Shown: positions 36,683-49,929 of the stretch, in pieces
Layout of the letters: each line of letters opens with the position of its first letter
Position numbering within the stretch: the stretch's first letter is position 1
DNA from: Gammaproteobacteria bacterium
GTDB lineage: Bacteria; Pseudomonadota; Gammaproteobacteria; UBA4575
Assembly: GCA_965222615.1 (NCBI GenBank)
Contig: CBDCUI010000007.1
Location: forward strand, 576,001 to 640,000
DNA length: 64,000 nt
Reading direction: 5' to 3'
Notes under the pieces: generated by a model
Told to the model about the DNA's origin: nothing
Databases searched by the model: none
Seen by the model: only the letters and a program-made list of their open reading frames with translations
Translations under genes and position numbers: made by a program

Positions 36683-38044
36683 TTACTCTTTTTTGGGGCG
36701 TTGCCAGTTGTCTACGGTAGTTTGTTTATTCCGCGCAAGAGTCAATTTATTTTCCGGAGCATCTTTGGTAATCGTTGAACCAGCGCCAATCGTGGCTCCA
36801 TCACCTATTTTTACTGGAGCTACAAATTGTGTATCTGATCCAACAAAAACATTATCACCAATTGAGGTGCGGTGTTTGTTAGCTCCATCATAATTACAGG
36901 TGATTGTCCCTGCCCCAATATTAACGTCCTTACCTAAATCGCTATCTCCAATATAACTCAGGTGATTAATTTTACTGCCAGTCTTTACATTCGATTTTTT
37001 AATTTCCACAAAGTTGCCTACTTTCACATTCTCATCTAAGAGTGTTTCAGGACGGATGCGCGCAAATGGACCGATTTCACAGTTTTCTCCTACTACAGTA
37101 TTTTCGATATGGCAATTCGGATAGATACATGTTCCCGATTTAATTTCGGAATTAATCACTACTGCATTGGCACCAATTTTGACTCGATCACCAAGTCGAT
37201 TACTTCCTATAAAGACGGTATTGATATCAATCTCGACATCTTTACCTACCTCTAGTTGACCTCTTACATCGATACGTAATGGATCAATTAACGTTACACC
37301 TTTTGTCATCAACTGTTCTGCATTGCGTTGTTGAAATAGTCGTTCTACGTATGCAAGTTGCTGTTTATCATTGATCCCTAATACTTCATTAGAATTATCA
37401 CAAATAATTGCCTCAACTTTATTTTTGTCACTTACTGCTAATTCAATACAATCTGTTAGATAATATTCTTGTTGTACATTGTTGTTATCAATTTTACTTA
37501 GCCACTTTTTTAAATTTGCACAACGCGTTGTAAGAATGCCGGTGTTTATTTCATTTATCGCCAGTGTGTTTGGATCTGCATCTTTTTGTTCAATAATGCG
37601 TTGAACTTTATTTTGTGTATCTCTAACTATTCGCCCATAGCCCGTGGGATTATTTAAATTGGCGGACAACAGCACTAAATCTTGGGTCGTAAGTGTTTGT
37701 AGAAGTTCTGCTAAGGTATCGGCTGTGAGTAATGGCACATCTCCGTACAAAATTAATACATCTTGTTCCCCCTCTATATTGGGAATTGCTTGTTGTACGG
37801 CATGGCCCGTACCCAGCTGTTCGTTTTGCAGACACCAATCAATTGCATTATTGTTGATTGCTTGTTTAACTTGCTCAGCACCATGACCGATCACTACATG
37901 AATCTTTTGTGGCGATAAACTTGTGGCGCAATCGATTACATACGCCAACATAGGTTTTCCAGCTACAGGATGCAGCACTTTTGGTAAGTCACTATGCATG
38001 CGCGTGCCCTGTCCGGCCGCAAGAATAATAATTTCTAGTCCCAT
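36683..38044 (-). CDS. glmU: bifunctional UDP-GlcNAc pyrophosphorylase/acetyltransferase
   Basis: LAAGQGTRM.S.LPKVLH, EYYLTD, hexapeptide repeats, NYDGANKH. Confidence 0.98.
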   Translation of the reverse strand: MGLEIIILAAGQGTRMHSDLPKVLHPVAGKPMLAYVIDCATSLSPQKIHVVIGHGAEQVKQAINNNAIDWCLQNEQLGTGHAVQQAIPNIEGEQDVLILYGDVPLLTADTLAELLQTLTTQDLVLLSANLNNPTGYGRIVRDTQNKVQRIIEQKDADPNTLAINEINTGILTTRCANLKKWLSKIDNNNVQQEYYLTDCIELAVSDKNKVEAIICDNSNEVLGINDKQQLAYVERLFQQRNAEQLMTKGVTLIDPLRIDVRGQLEVGKDVEIDINTVFIGSNRLGDRVKIGANAVVINSEIKSGTCIYPNCHIENTVVGENCEIGPFARIRPETLLDENVKVGNFVEIKKSNVKTGSKINHLSYIGDSDLGKDVNIGAGTITCNYDGANKHRTSIGDNVFVGSDTQFVAPVKIGDGATIGAGSTITKDAPENKLTLARNKQTTVDNWQRPKKE

Positions 38045-38207
38045 CGGATGTATTACTAGTTCACGAATTATTTAGGTGATTAAAATATAAAAGAGTAACT
38101 ATTTAGTACTAAATCATTGTGTACCAACTCGCAGGATCACGGTAGTTTTTTATGCCGGTAAGGCCACTAAGTGGCCATTGTAAAGGGACCAGGAGGGAAA
38201 AATGAGA

Positions 38208-38630
38208 CTACTTACGTGTCTTGCGCATTCTTTCTATCATGCGTAGTTGCTCGGCGGCCCTGACTAATTCGGCCTGTGCCTTAGCAGCATCGAAATCACC
38301 CTTTTGGTCTTTCAACGCATCTTCTGCACGTTGCTTGGCCTCCAATGCCTTGGCTTCATCGAGATCCTCAGCACGAATGGCGGTATCAGATAATACGGTT
38401 ACCACATGTGGCTGTACTTCCAAGATGCCACCGGAGACATAGAGATATTGGTCTTCTTGGCCTTCGATTTCGATCTTTAATTCGCCAGGACGCAGTGCGG
38501 TAACTAAAGGCGTGTGACGTGGATATATACCAACATCCCCCATTTGTGCGGGAGCAAACACTGCGGAGATAGTGCCCGAGAAAAGTTCTTTCTCGGCACT
38601 TACCACATCTAAATGCATGGTCATTGCCAT
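38208..38630 (-). CDS. atpC: ATP synthase epsilon subunit
   Basis: [26 protein letters not shown]. Confidence 0.97.
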   Translation of the reverse strand: MAMTMHLDVVSAEKELFSGTISAVFAPAQMGDVGIYPRHTPLVTALRPGELKIEIEGQEDQYLYVSGGILEVQPHVVTVLSDTAIRAEDLDEAKALEAKQRAEDALKDQKGDFDAAKAQAELVRAAEQLRMIERMRKTRK

Positions 38631-38636
38631 AGTGCT

Positions 38637-40025
<1,389 letters not shown>

Positions 40026-40078
40026 TTACAAAATAAATAACAAACTTTAAAAACTCTTACATCAATTCAAATACGAGT

Positions 40079-40197
40079 GTGGTACATGGATGTACCACCA
40101 TTTTATGATTATCTTGGTAATCATAAAATGAGAGAAAAAAGAAAATCGCATTTTCTTTTTTCGTGCTCTGAGAAATCAAGGATGATTTATTCAGAGC
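40079..40197. repeat. four back-to-back hairpins in the atpG-atpD spacer
   Basis: GTGGTACA-TGGA-TGTACCAC; CATTTTATGATTA-N6-TAATCATAAAATG; GAAAAAAGAAAAT-CGC-ATTTTCTTTTTTC; GCTCTGA.AAATCA-AGGA-TGATTT..TCAGAGC. Confidence 0.75.
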
Positions 40198-40205
40198 CAT
40201 AAAAA

Positions 40206-41069
40206 TTATACCGCGGCGGCGCCGCCTACAATTTCTGAGATCTCCTGGGTAATCGCTGCCTGACGCGCCTTGTTATAAGCCAGCTGTAATTCTGAAATCA
40301 GCTCGCCGGCGTTATCGGAAGCACTTTTCATAGCGATCATTCTTGCTGCCATCTCACAAGCCACATTTTCAACAACACTTTGATAGACGATGGATTCTGC
40401 ATAACGGGTTAATAAACCATCTAATACGGTTTTAGCGTCTGGCTCATAGATATAATCCCAATGATGCTTGAGTTCCTCATTGTCTTCCGGCTCTAATGGC
40501 AACAAAGTAGAAACTTTTGGTTTCTGTGTCATGGTATTAACAAACTCATTCTCAACCAAAAACAAACGATCGATATTGCCATCGATATAGGCATCTAACA
40601 TGGTTTTAACTGTACCGATTAATTCACTTAAATGAATTTCATCACCTAAATGTGAGACCTGAGAAACAATATTTCCGGTGAATTTTTTAAAAAACTGTGT
40701 GCCCTTGGCACCGATTAGACATAAATCGATTTCAACATTCTTTTCTTGCCAGGATTGCATATCTTTTAAAGCAGTTTTAAAAGCATTTATATTCAAACCA
40801 CCACATAAGCCCCTATCCGTAGAGACGATGATATACCCGACTCGCTTCACATCAGGATGTTCAATCAAGAACGGATGATTGTATTCGGCATGAGCATTGG
40901 CAAGGTGACCGATTACATTCAGCATTTTTTGTGAATAAGGCCGTGTAGCTTGCATACGATCCTGGGCTTTACGCATTTTACTTGCCGCCACCATTTCCAT
41001 GGCCTTAGTGATCTTTTGCGTGTTTTTAATACTCGCAATCTGTGTGCGTATTTCTTTTTCGTTTGCCAT
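40206..41069 (-). CDS. atpG: ATP synthase gamma subunit
   Basis: [38 protein letters not shown]. Confidence 0.98.
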   Translation of the reverse strand: MANEKEIRTQIASIKNTQKITKAMEMVAASKMRKAQDRMQATRPYSQKMLNVIGHLANAHAEYNHPFLIEHPDVKRVGYIIVSTDRGLCGGLNINAFKTALKDMQSWQEKNVEIDLCLIGAKGTQFFKKFTGNIVSQVSHLGDEIHLSELIGTVKTMLDAYIDGNIDRLFLVENEFVNTMTQKPKVSTLLPLEPEDNEELKHHWDYIYEPDAKTVLDGLLTRYAESIVYQSVVENVACEMAARMIAMKSASDNAGELISELQLAYNKARQAAITQEISEIVGGAAAV

Positions 41070-41101
41070 TTTTAGTTTAGCTAAGCGAGCTCATCTGTGT
41101 G

Positions 41102-42643
41102 TTACCAAGTTCCTTTGGCTTTAAAATCTTCTACGGCCTTTTGCAACCCGGCCTCAATCTCATCATCGTAATCACCACTACTATTGATCGTATCAAGCAA
41201 GTCTCCATATTGAGAGCGCATAAAGTCGTGCATGGCTTTTTCAAAATCGACAACCTTGTTCACCTCAACATCATCAACATAGCCCTTATCTACCGCAAAT
41301 AAAGACACCGCCATTTCGGCAATCGTCAACGGCGAATACTGTAGCTGCTTCATGAATTCCATTACACGTTCACCACGCTCTAATTGCTTACGAGTTTGCT
41401 CATCAAGATCGGAAGCAAATTGTGAGAAAGCGGCAAGTTCACGATATTGTGCAAGTGCTAAACGCACGCCACCACCCAACTTTTTAATAATCTTGGTCTG
41501 CGCCGCACCACCTACACGTGATACGGATAAACCCGCATTAATCGCTGGACGAAAACCAGAGTTGAACAAATCACTCTCTAAAAAGATTTGTCCATCGGTG
41601 ATGGAAATAACATTGGTGGGCACAAAGGCCGATACGTCACCTGCTTGAGTTTCAATAATCGGTAACGCAGTCAATGAACCCGTTTTACCTTTGACTTCGC
41701 CATTGGTAAATTTTTCAACATAGTCTGCGTTAACTCGAGAAGCACGTTCTAATAAGCGTGAATGTAGATAAAACACATCGCCGGGATAGGCTTCACGACC
41801 CGGTGGACGTCGTAATAACAAAGATACTTGACGATATGCCCAAGCTTGCTTAGTTAAATCATCGTAGATGATTAAGGCATCTTCACCACGATCACGAAAA
41901 TATTCGCCCATCGCACAACCTGAGTATGGTGCAATGTATTGCATCGCTGCGGATTCTGAAGCACTTGCCGAAACGATAATGGTATGTTCCATGGCACTGT
42001 GTTCTTCCAACTTACGCACTACATTAGCAACTGAAGAATTCTTTTGGCCGATGGCAACATAAATACATTTAACTCCGGTACCTTTCTGATTAATGATGGT
42101 ATCTATTGCCAATGCAGTTTTACCTGTTTGACGATCACCGATAATTAGCTCACGTTGCCCGCGGCCGATTGGCACCATAGAGTCGATAGATTTTAAGCCA
42201 GTTTGTACCGGCTGACTTACGGATTGGCGTTCAATAACACCTGGTGCAATTTTTTCGATAGGGGATGAATGCGAACAACTGATAGGTCCCTTACCATCAA
42301 TCGGCTCACCAAGAGAGTTTACCACTCGCCCTAATATTTCAGGACCGACGGGTACTTCTAGAATGCGGCCGGTGCAAGAAACCTTGTCACCTTCTACTAT
42401 ATGTTTGTAATCGCCTAACACCACTGCGCCAACTGAATCACGTTCAAGGTTCAAGGCCATACCAAAGGTATTTTGTGGAAATTCCAACATTTCTCCAGCC
42501 ATTACATCGGCCAAGCCATGTATGCGTACAATGCCATCGGTTACACCGACTACCGTGCCTTCAGTACGCGCTTCTGCAACCGCATCAAAATTTTCGATGC
42601 GTTTTTTTATCAGTTCGCTAATTTCAGTTGGGTTTAATTGCAT
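41102..42643 (-). CDS. atpA: ATP synthase alpha subunit
   Basis: [30 protein letters not shown]. Confidence 0.99.
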   Translation of the reverse strand: MQLNPTEISELIKKRIENFDAVAEARTEGTVVGVTDGIVRIHGLADVMAGEMLEFPQNTFGMALNLERDSVGAVVLGDYKHIVEGDKVSCTGRILEVPVGPEILGRVVNSLGEPIDGKGPISCSHSSPIEKIAPGVIERQSVSQPVQTGLKSIDSMVPIGRGQRELIIGDRQTGKTALAIDTIINQKGTGVKCIYVAIGQKNSSVANVVRKLEEHSAMEHTIIVSASASESAAMQYIAPYSGCAMGEYFRDRGEDALIIYDDLTKQAWAYRQVSLLLRRPPGREAYPGDVFYLHSRLLERASRVNADYVEKFTNGEVKGKTGSLTALPIIETQAGDVSAFVPTNVISITDGQIFLESDLFNSGFRPAINAGLSVSRVGGAAQTKIIKKLGGGVRLALAQYRELAAFSQFASDLDEQTRKQLERGERVMEFMKQLQYSPLTIAEMAVSLFAVDKGYVDDVEVNKVVDFEKAMHDFMRSQYGDLLDTINSSGDYDDEIEAGLQKAVEDFKAKGTW

Positions 42644-42677
42644 ATTTATTTCCTCTAATAACCCCGCGTTAAAATAA

Positions 42678-43214
42678 TTAATTAGTAAGGGCGGTAGAAA
42701 GCTTATTCAGCCGTCCGCGCACAGACCCATCAATCACCAAGTCGCCTGCTCGGATAATTGCCCCCCCGATAAGCGCCGGATCTATACGAGAACTAATACG
42801 TACTTCTTTGCCTAAACGTTGTTTCAGCGATGTCGCTATTTTGTTGAGTTGTGATTCTTGAATTTCATCTGCTGAAATAACTTCTGCATCAATCGTACCT
42901 TCTGCTTCTCCACGATAATGTTCGTATAGTGCTGCAATTTCAGGTAGCAATGTAATACGATCGTTTTCAGCTAGTAACTTAATAAAGTTTTTGCCACGTT
43001 GGTCTATTTGTTCTTCACAAACTGAAATGAAAAGATCCGCAGCTTGTTGTTGTGACAAAGTAGGGCTATCTAATACCGCACGCATGGTTGGGTCATGGGC
43101 CACTGTAGCCATAAAGGCCAACATATCAGTCCATTTCTGTTGCTCACTATGTGCATTTGCAATATCAAATGCCGCTCTTGCGTAAGGTCTTGCTGTGGTA
43201 GTAAGTTCTGACAT
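42678..43214 (-). CDS. atpH: ATP synthase delta subunit
   Basis: [26 protein letters not shown]. Confidence 0.97.
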   Translation of the reverse strand: MSELTTTARPYARAAFDIANAHSEQQKWTDMLAFMATVAHDPTMRAVLDSPTLSQQQAADLFISVCEEQIDQRGKNFIKLLAENDRITLLPEIAALYEHYRGEAEGTIDAEVISADEIQESQLNKIATSLKQRLGKEVRISSRIDPALIGGAIIRAGDLVIDGSVRGRLNKLSTALTN

Positions 43215-43225
43215 TTTTCCGTTGA

Positions 43226-43354
43226 TGAACCTCTGATTTATTCTGATATGTCGTTAAAAGATTTCTCGCAATACTCTTGTATTAGCATATACACTCCGTT
43301 TGCTCGCCCTCTTTTGCCTAATATCAGACATTTCATTAATAAATCAGCGTCTCC
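43226..43354 (-). mobile_element. MITE-like palindromic element inside the atp operon (atpF-atpH spacer)
   Basis: Reverse complement has AGGCAAAA..CGGAGTGTATA..TTTTAACGAC.TATCAGAATAAATCAGAGGTTC as in 61816-61946; ends CTGATTTATT/AATAAATCAG. Confidence 0.7.
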
Positions 43355-43372
43355 TTAATAAAAAAATAAAAA

Positions 43373-43843
43373 TTAAATTTGTGTTGCCAAGTCATTTAAA
43401 ATATTTTGATGCGAGCTAGCATCGATTTCTTTTTTCAAAATTCGTTCGGCACCTGCTACGGCAATTGCCGAAACTTGTGTGCGCAACGTCTCCTTAGCAC
43501 GGTTCACTTCTTTCTCTACCTCGGCGTGTGCTGCTTCTTTAATGCGATTGCCTTCTTCAACCGCTACTGATTTTGCATCTTCAACGATTTCATTCGCACG
43601 TCTTTGTGCTTGGTTTAAAATATCAGACGCCTGTTGTTTGGCTTCAGTTAATTTTTTCTGCGCATTTTGTTCGGCCAGTTCTTGTTGTTTAAAGCCACGT
43701 TCAGCTTCAGCCAACCCATCGGCAATCTTCTTTTTGCGTTCATTAAGTGCTGCCATAATCGGTGGCCATACAAATTTCATGCAAAACCAAACAAATACAA
43801 TAAATGCGATGGTCTGCCCGAATAGAGTAAGATTAATATTCAT
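43373..43843 (-). CDS. atpF: ATP synthase subunit b
   Basis: MNINLTLFGQ..F..FVWFCMKFVWPP. Confidence 0.98.
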   Translation of the reverse strand: MNINLTLFGQTIAFIVFVWFCMKFVWPPIMAALNERKKKIADGLAEAERGFKQQELAEQNAQKKLTEAKQQASDILNQAQRRANEIVEDAKSVAVEEGNRIKEAAHAEVEKEVNRAKETLRTQVSAIAVAGAERILKKEIDASSHQNILNDLATQI

Positions 43844-43884
43844 ACGTTTACCTTAGTAATCCTGTTGTATAAAGCAGAAGTGCT

Positions 43885-44142
<258 letters not shown>

Positions 44143-44165
44143 TTACAAAATACTTTAAAAAACGA

Positions 44166-45038
<873 letters not shown>

Positions 45039-45437
45039 TCAGTGAGACTGTTTAATTATTGGGTTGCTAGACGTAATCAATGGAACGGCCCACATACACG
45101 ATTGTACGATGAGGTACGTTACCAATAATGTTACCGGATGGACTTCCTTATACTTTATAAATACTACTGCAAACAACGCAACGGTTACCACTATCTTGAT
45201 AATCTCCGCTGCATAAATAGACCCGACTAAACTATACGGCTCTGCATTGCGGCGCTTTGTAAAAACCTGTTGCGCAAAATATAAATTCGGTAGTACACAA
45301 ACTAGCCCGCCTATCAATGCAGACAATGCCAGCTCACGCTTTACTAAAAAAAGAATACTCGCTACACAAAGCGTGACTAGACACTGCGCAATGAGTATGC
45401 GATTTACATACGAAGGTATTGTTAACTTACGAACCAA
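45039..45437 (-). CDS. atpI: ATP synthase protein I
   Basis: SALIGG....PNLYFA, YAAE..K, 4 TMs, first large gene of the operon. Confidence 0.88.
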   Translation of the reverse strand: MVRKLTIPSYVNRILIAQCLVTLCVASILFLVKRELALSALIGGLVCVLPNLYFAQQVFTKRRNAEPYSLVGSIYAAEIIKIVVTVALFAVVFIKYKEVHPVTLLVTYLIVQSCMWAVPLITSSNPIIKQSH

Positions 45438-45447
45438 TTTTAATTTT

Positions 45448-45492
45448 TTATGCGGCTCGGGTCTTCAGCCAGATCTTCGCTGAAACGACCAT
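45448..45492 (-). CDS. candidate 14-aa leader peptide MVVSAKIWLKTRAA
   Basis: ATG at 45492 preceded by AAGGGAGAG; TAA ends 10 nt before the atpI start; lies downstream of the predicted promoter. Confidence 0.3.
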   Translation of the reverse strand: MVVSAKIWLKTRAA

Positions 45493-45553
45493 GAATACGC
45501 TCTCCCTTTCTTGCCCGCGCTTGGCTTAATCATCATCTATCGCTGACGCGCGC

Positions 45554-45582
45554 AGTATAGAATTTAGGTGCTGAAATCTCAA
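45554..45582 (-). promoter_or_regulatory. sigma70 promoter of the atp operon with GC-rich discriminator
   Basis: TTGAGA-N17-TATACT-GCGCGCG on the minus strand. Confidence 0.75.
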
Positions 45583-45626
45583 TAGAATTAAACGCTGATT
45601 TGCACTTGTGTAAAAGCAAATTCTAA

Positions 45627-46511
45627 TTATTTAGTACTACCTAATAATCTCTCCACGATACCCTCAAATTCATCGAGGTTGGCATAGCGGATTTGCAAGC
45701 GGCCACTGCCAGTTTGGCTATGCTGAATTGTAATGTTGGCACCAAGCTGATCCGATAATTTTTGTTGCATCCGCTCGATGTCTGGGTCTTGATGACGGCT
45801 GGATCGTTTAGGCTTCGTGCCTTTTTGTTGTGTTTGCTTTACTAAAGCCTCCGTAGCACGCACCGAAAGTTGTCTTCGCAAGATGGCCTGAGCACAAGTT
45901 ATTTGTTGTGTTACGGTTAAGCCAAGCAGGGCTCGTGCATGGCCCATTTCGATTTGTCCTTGATGTAACATCTCTTTAACGGGTTCAGCCAAAGACAATA
46001 AACGTAAACTGTTGCTGACCGCAGCTCGCGAGCGCCCGACGATTTCACCTACTTCTTGATGGGTTAAGGTGAAGTTGTCGACTAGATTTGCAAATGCCTG
46101 AGCTTCTTCTAGCGGATTGAGATCCTCACGTTGTAAATTTTCGATCAAGGCAATCGCTGCAGCTTCTTGATCATTGACAGACTTGATTACTGCAGGAATG
46201 TTCTGTAATCCTGCTTGCTGCGCAGCACGCCAACGGCGTTCGCCAGCGATAAGTTCATAGCCACTATTCACTTTGCGCACTACTATCGGTTGTACCACGC
46301 CCTGCTGGCGTATCGATTCTGCCAGCGCTTCTAGTGCACCAGGTTCCATGACCTGCCGTGGTTGATAAGGGCTTTGGCGAATTACTTCTATCGGTAGTTG
46401 CTGCAAAGACTTTTCCGTGGTGGTGGGACTAACAACCGTGTGCTCGTGATCGGCTGCACTAAGTAAAACATCAACTCCCAATGCTCCTAACCCACGTTTT
46501 TTCTTTGACAT
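45627..46511 (-). CDS. parB: chromosome partitioning protein ParB
   Basis: YQPR, GVVQPIVVR, IAGERRWRAA, ENLQREDL, HTH GRSRAAVSNSLRLL. Confidence 0.97.
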   Translation of the reverse strand: MSKKKRGLGALGVDVLLSAADHEHTVVSPTTTEKSLQQLPIEVIRQSPYQPRQVMEPGALEALAESIRQQGVVQPIVVRKVNSGYELIAGERRWRAAQQAGLQNIPAVIKSVNDQEAAAIALIENLQREDLNPLEEAQAFANLVDNFTLTHQEVGEIVGRSRAAVSNSLRLLSLAEPVKEMLHQGQIEMGHARALLGLTVTQQITCAQAILRRQLSVRATEALVKQTQQKGTKPKRSSRHQDPDIERMQQKLSDQLGANITIQHSQTGSGRLQIRYANLDEFEGIVERLLGSTK

Positions 46512-46531
46512 AGTAATAAATCTAGTTTGAA

Positions 46532-47335
46532 TTAATTTACATTTGCTTGCACAGGTTTTTGCCTCATCTGATTTTTATCACGTCTTAATATTTCTCCAGC
46601 TAAGGCTAGATAGGCCAACGCACCACGAGATCGTTTGTCATATAGTAACACCGGTAGTCCATGGCTGGGTGCTTCTGCCAAGGTTACATTGCGAGGAATA
46701 ATCGTACGGTACACTGCATCACCAAAATGCGTAGTAAGCTGTGCCGAGACATCGTTGGCAAGATTGTTACGCGGGTCAAACATCGTACGGAGTAGGCCAT
46801 CTATGGTTAATTCGGGATTCGCCGTCATACGTATACGTTCGATGGTTTGCGTTAATGCCGACAAACCCTCTAAGGCATAGTACTCACATTGTGTTGGAAT
46901 AATGACGCTACTAGCAGCTACCAGACCGTTAACCGTTAACATATTTAGCGAAGGTGGGCTGTCTATAAATATATAATCATAGTTTGCGCTGATCTCTTGT
47001 AAGGCCTTGCGTAATTTAAATTCGCGTCCGTTTATTTCAAGCAATTTCACTTCGGCAACCGTAAGATGCTCGTTGCCAGGCATTAAGTCATATCCAGCTT
47101 TCGTTGCATAGACAATGCATTCACTTGCCGGTAATTCATTTAACAACACATGTGCCGTCGTTTTTTCGGCCGTGCGTTTGTCTATACCCGAACCCATAGT
47201 GGCATTCCCTTGTGGGTCTAAATCTACCAACAGGACATTGCGCTTAGTCGCTGCCATAGAGGCGGCTAAATTAACGGTAGTGGTGGTTTTTCCTACCCCA
47301 CCTTTTTGGTTAGTAACGGAAATAGTCTTAGTCAT
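46532..47335 (-). CDS. parA: chromosome partitioning ATPase ParA/Soj
   Basis: NQKGGVGKTTT, DLDPQGNAT, QCEYYALEG, LAEAPSHG. Confidence 0.97.
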   Translation of the reverse strand: MTKTISVTNQKGGVGKTTTTVNLAASMAATKRNVLLVDLDPQGNATMGSGIDKRTAEKTTAHVLLNELPASECIVYATKAGYDLMPGNEHLTVAEVKLLEINGREFKLRKALQEISANYDYIFIDSPPSLNMLTVNGLVAASSVIIPTQCEYYALEGLSALTQTIERIRMTANPELTIDGLLRTMFDPRNNLANDVSAQLTTHFGDAVYRTIIPRNVTLAEAPSHGLPVLLYDKRSRGALAYLALAGEILRRDKNQMRQKPVQANVN

Positions 47336-47948
47336 TAACTTTTTTTACCACTGCAACATGTCGGCTAACTTGCAGCTGTGATAATTGTACTGGGTATACA
47401 TTGATCAACTCTACACTAGTAGGTAAATCAGTGAGTGTTGTTTGCTTACCAAGCATTAAAACAAATTGTCCATGCGTAGTTAGATGTTTTGTTGTTTCAA
47501 AAAATTTGCTGCTTGCTGCATAGGCTCTGCTAACTACCGTATCAAACTCATGCGATGGCGCATACTGTTCCACTCGTCGATGGAGTACTTGAACGTTTTT
47601 TAGCCCAATCTCAATGATACTTTGCTGAATAAAACGCGTCTTTTTAATGTTGGCATCAATCAATACGAATTGTTTATCTTGGCACATAATAGCCAAGGGG
47701 ATACCCGGTAAGCCTGCTCCACTGCCAACATCGATAATTCTACTGCCAGCTAGATACGGTACGACAGAAATACTGTCTAAAATGTGTTTATTTACAATTT
47801 CCTGCGTAGTTTCAATCGCCGTGAGGTTATAGGTTTTATTCCATTTTTGCAGTAATGTTACAAATTGCGCTAATGCGTCTATTTGCACTGGAGTAATATT
47901 TGCATCAAGTTGCCTCACTTTGCTTTGCAGCAATTGCGAGTCATTCAT
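47328..47948 (-). CDS. rsmG: 16S rRNA m7G527 methyltransferase
   Basis: KWNKTYNLTA, HILDS, DVGSGAGLPGIPLAI. Confidence 0.96.
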   Translation of the reverse strand: MNDSQLLQSKVRQLDANITPVQIDALAQFVTLLQKWNKTYNLTAIETTQEIVNKHILDSISVVPYLAGSRIIDVGSGAGLPGIPLAIMCQDKQFVLIDANIKKTRFIQQSIIEIGLKNVQVLHRRVEQYAPSHEFDTVVSRAYAASSKFFETTKHLTTHGQFVLMLGKQTTLTDLPTSVELINVYPVQLSQLQVSRHVAVVKKVND

Positions 47949-47982
47949 AAGCTTTACTACTAAGCCAATAGTTTTCTAGATG

Positions 47983-49875
47983 TTATGCACTTTGTTTAGA
48001 AAATTTATCTGCTTTCAAGTGCACAAGTAACAAAGAAATTGCCGAAGGCGTGATCCCCGATATTCTAGCGGCTTGTCCTAGCGTTATCGGTCTTATCTGT
48101 AATAGTTTTTGTTTGGCTTCATTGGATAAGCCCGTTACAGCTGAATAATCTAAATCCTGTGGCAAGAGCAAATTTTCTTGTTGTGCCAAACGTTGAATTT
48201 GAGCATTTTGGCGATCGATGTAACCAGCATACTTTGCCTGTATTTCAATTTGTTCTGCAACCATCATTGGTACCTCGTCCATTTTATGTGGTGCTAATTG
48301 TTGTAGATTTTTTATCGTCACTTCAGGCCGGCGTAGTAGTTCATATATACTACGCTCACGTTTAAGTTCCGTTCCCAAAATTTCTTTACAGGATTTAGCA
48401 TTAATATCTTCGGGTTGAATGTAGGTGCTTTGTAATTTCTTTGTGTATCGATCAACCGCTTCACGTTTTTTGACAAATGCTTGCCACTGTTTATCCGGCA
48501 AACAACCCAATTTATGTGCCGTTTCGCTTAAACGTAAATCTGCATTGTCCTGACGTAGTAGCAAACGATATTCTGCACGGCTGGTAAACATTCGATACGG
48601 TTCTAGGGTGCCACGCGTGACTAAATCATCGATCATTACACCTATGTAAGCATCGCTACGTTGCACAATCCATGGCGACTTTTGCTGTATCTGTCTGGCG
48701 GCATTAATCCCGGCAACCAATCCTTGTGCAGCAGCTTCTTCATAACCTGTCGTGCCGTTAATTTGGCCTGCAAAAAACAAACCACGAATGGCTTTGGTTT
48801 CCAAGCTCGGTTGTAAATCTCTGGGATCAAAATAATCATATTCGATGGCATAACCAGGACGGGTAATATGCGCGTTTGCAAAGCCTTTGATTGAACGCAC
48901 AAATTTACACTGGGTTGCATACGGTAAACTGGTAGAAATCCCATTTGGATACACTTCACGGGTTTGCAAACCTTCCGGTTCGATAAAGATTTGGTGTTGT
49001 TGACGTTCCGCAAAACGTGTGACTTTATCTTCTATCGAAGGGCAATAACGAGGGCCCGTGCTTTCGATATTGCCGTTATACATTGGTGATAAATACAGAT
49101 CATCTCGAATGATTTCGTGGGTTTGCGAATTCGTGTAAGTTATATGACAGTTCACTTGTCGCGGATGGTGATCAACACTTCCCATCAATGAAAACACTGG
49201 TGTGGGGATATCGCCAGGTTGTATCGCTGTTTGGCAATAGTCGATGCTGCGTCCGTCTATACGTGGTGGCGTCCCAGTTTTCAAGCGCCCTACACGAAAC
49301 GGCAAATCTCGCAATCGTAGTGCTAGTGTGTTTGCCGGCGGATCACCGGCACGCCCCGCGGCATAATTGATATCGCCGACATGAATCTTGCCGCCCAAGA
49401 AAGTTCCTGTGGTTAGTACTACTGTGGGTGCAAAAAACTTGAGCCCGCTGTGCGTAAGCACACCGCGAATATCTTGCTGCGTGATAATTAAATCATCAAC
49501 TGCTTGCTGAAAGACTTTAAGATTCGCTTGACTTTCCACTTGGGAACGAATTGCTGCTTTATATAAAGTACGATCGGCCTGCGCACGTGTGGCGCGCACT
49601 GCTGGACCTTTACGTGAATTTAAAATACGAAATTGAATCCCAGCGTGATCGGCTGCCAGAGCCATGGCTCCACCCATAGCATCGATTTCTTTGACCAAAT
49701 GACTCTTTCCAATGCCGCCTATGGCAGGGTTACAGCTCATTTGGCCGATGGTTTCGATGTTATGCGTAATCAATAGGGTGTCACAGCCCATACGTGCAGC
49801 CACCAATGCGGCTTCGGTTCCGGCATGACCGCCGCCGATTACGATTACATCAAATTGTTGTTCAGCCTTTTTCAT
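47983..49875 (-). CDS. mnmG: tRNA uridine-5-carboxymethylaminomethyl modification enzyme
   Basis: [46 protein letters not shown]. Confidence 0.98.
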   Translation of the reverse strand: MKKAEQQFDVIVIGGGHAGTEAALVAARMGCDTLLITHNIETIGQMSCNPAIGGIGKSHLVKEIDAMGGAMALAADHAGIQFRILNSRKGPAVRATRAQADRTLYKAAIRSQVESQANLKVFQQAVDDLIITQQDIRGVLTHSGLKFFAPTVVLTTGTFLGGKIHVGDINYAAGRAGDPPANTLALRLRDLPFRVGRLKTGTPPRIDGRSIDYCQTAIQPGDIPTPVFSLMGSVDHHPRQVNCHITYTNSQTHEIIRDDLYLSPMYNGNIESTGPRYCPSIEDKVTRFAERQQHQIFIEPEGLQTREVYPNGISTSLPYATQCKFVRSIKGFANAHITRPGYAIEYDYFDPRDLQPSLETKAIRGLFFAGQINGTTGYEEAAAQGLVAGINAARQIQQKSPWIVQRSDAYIGVMIDDLVTRGTLEPYRMFTSRAEYRLLLRQDNADLRLSETAHKLGCLPDKQWQAFVKKREAVDRYTKKLQSTYIQPEDINAKSCKEILGTELKRERSIYELLRRPEVTIKNLQQLAPHKMDEVPMMVAEQIEIQAKYAGYIDRQNAQIQRLAQQENLLLPQDLDYSAVTGLSNEAKQKLLQIRPITLGQAARISGITPSAISLLLVHLKADKFSKQSA

Positions 49876-49929
49876 AGGTAAATGTCATTGTACTCACTGA
49901 CTGACAATAGCTCGACTATTTTCCCTAGT

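Noticed and set aside
38162-38176. GGCCAC-TAA-GTGGCC hairpin after atpC as a terminator
   Set aside because: Short stem with no U-tract on the minus strand; read-through into glmU is plausible.
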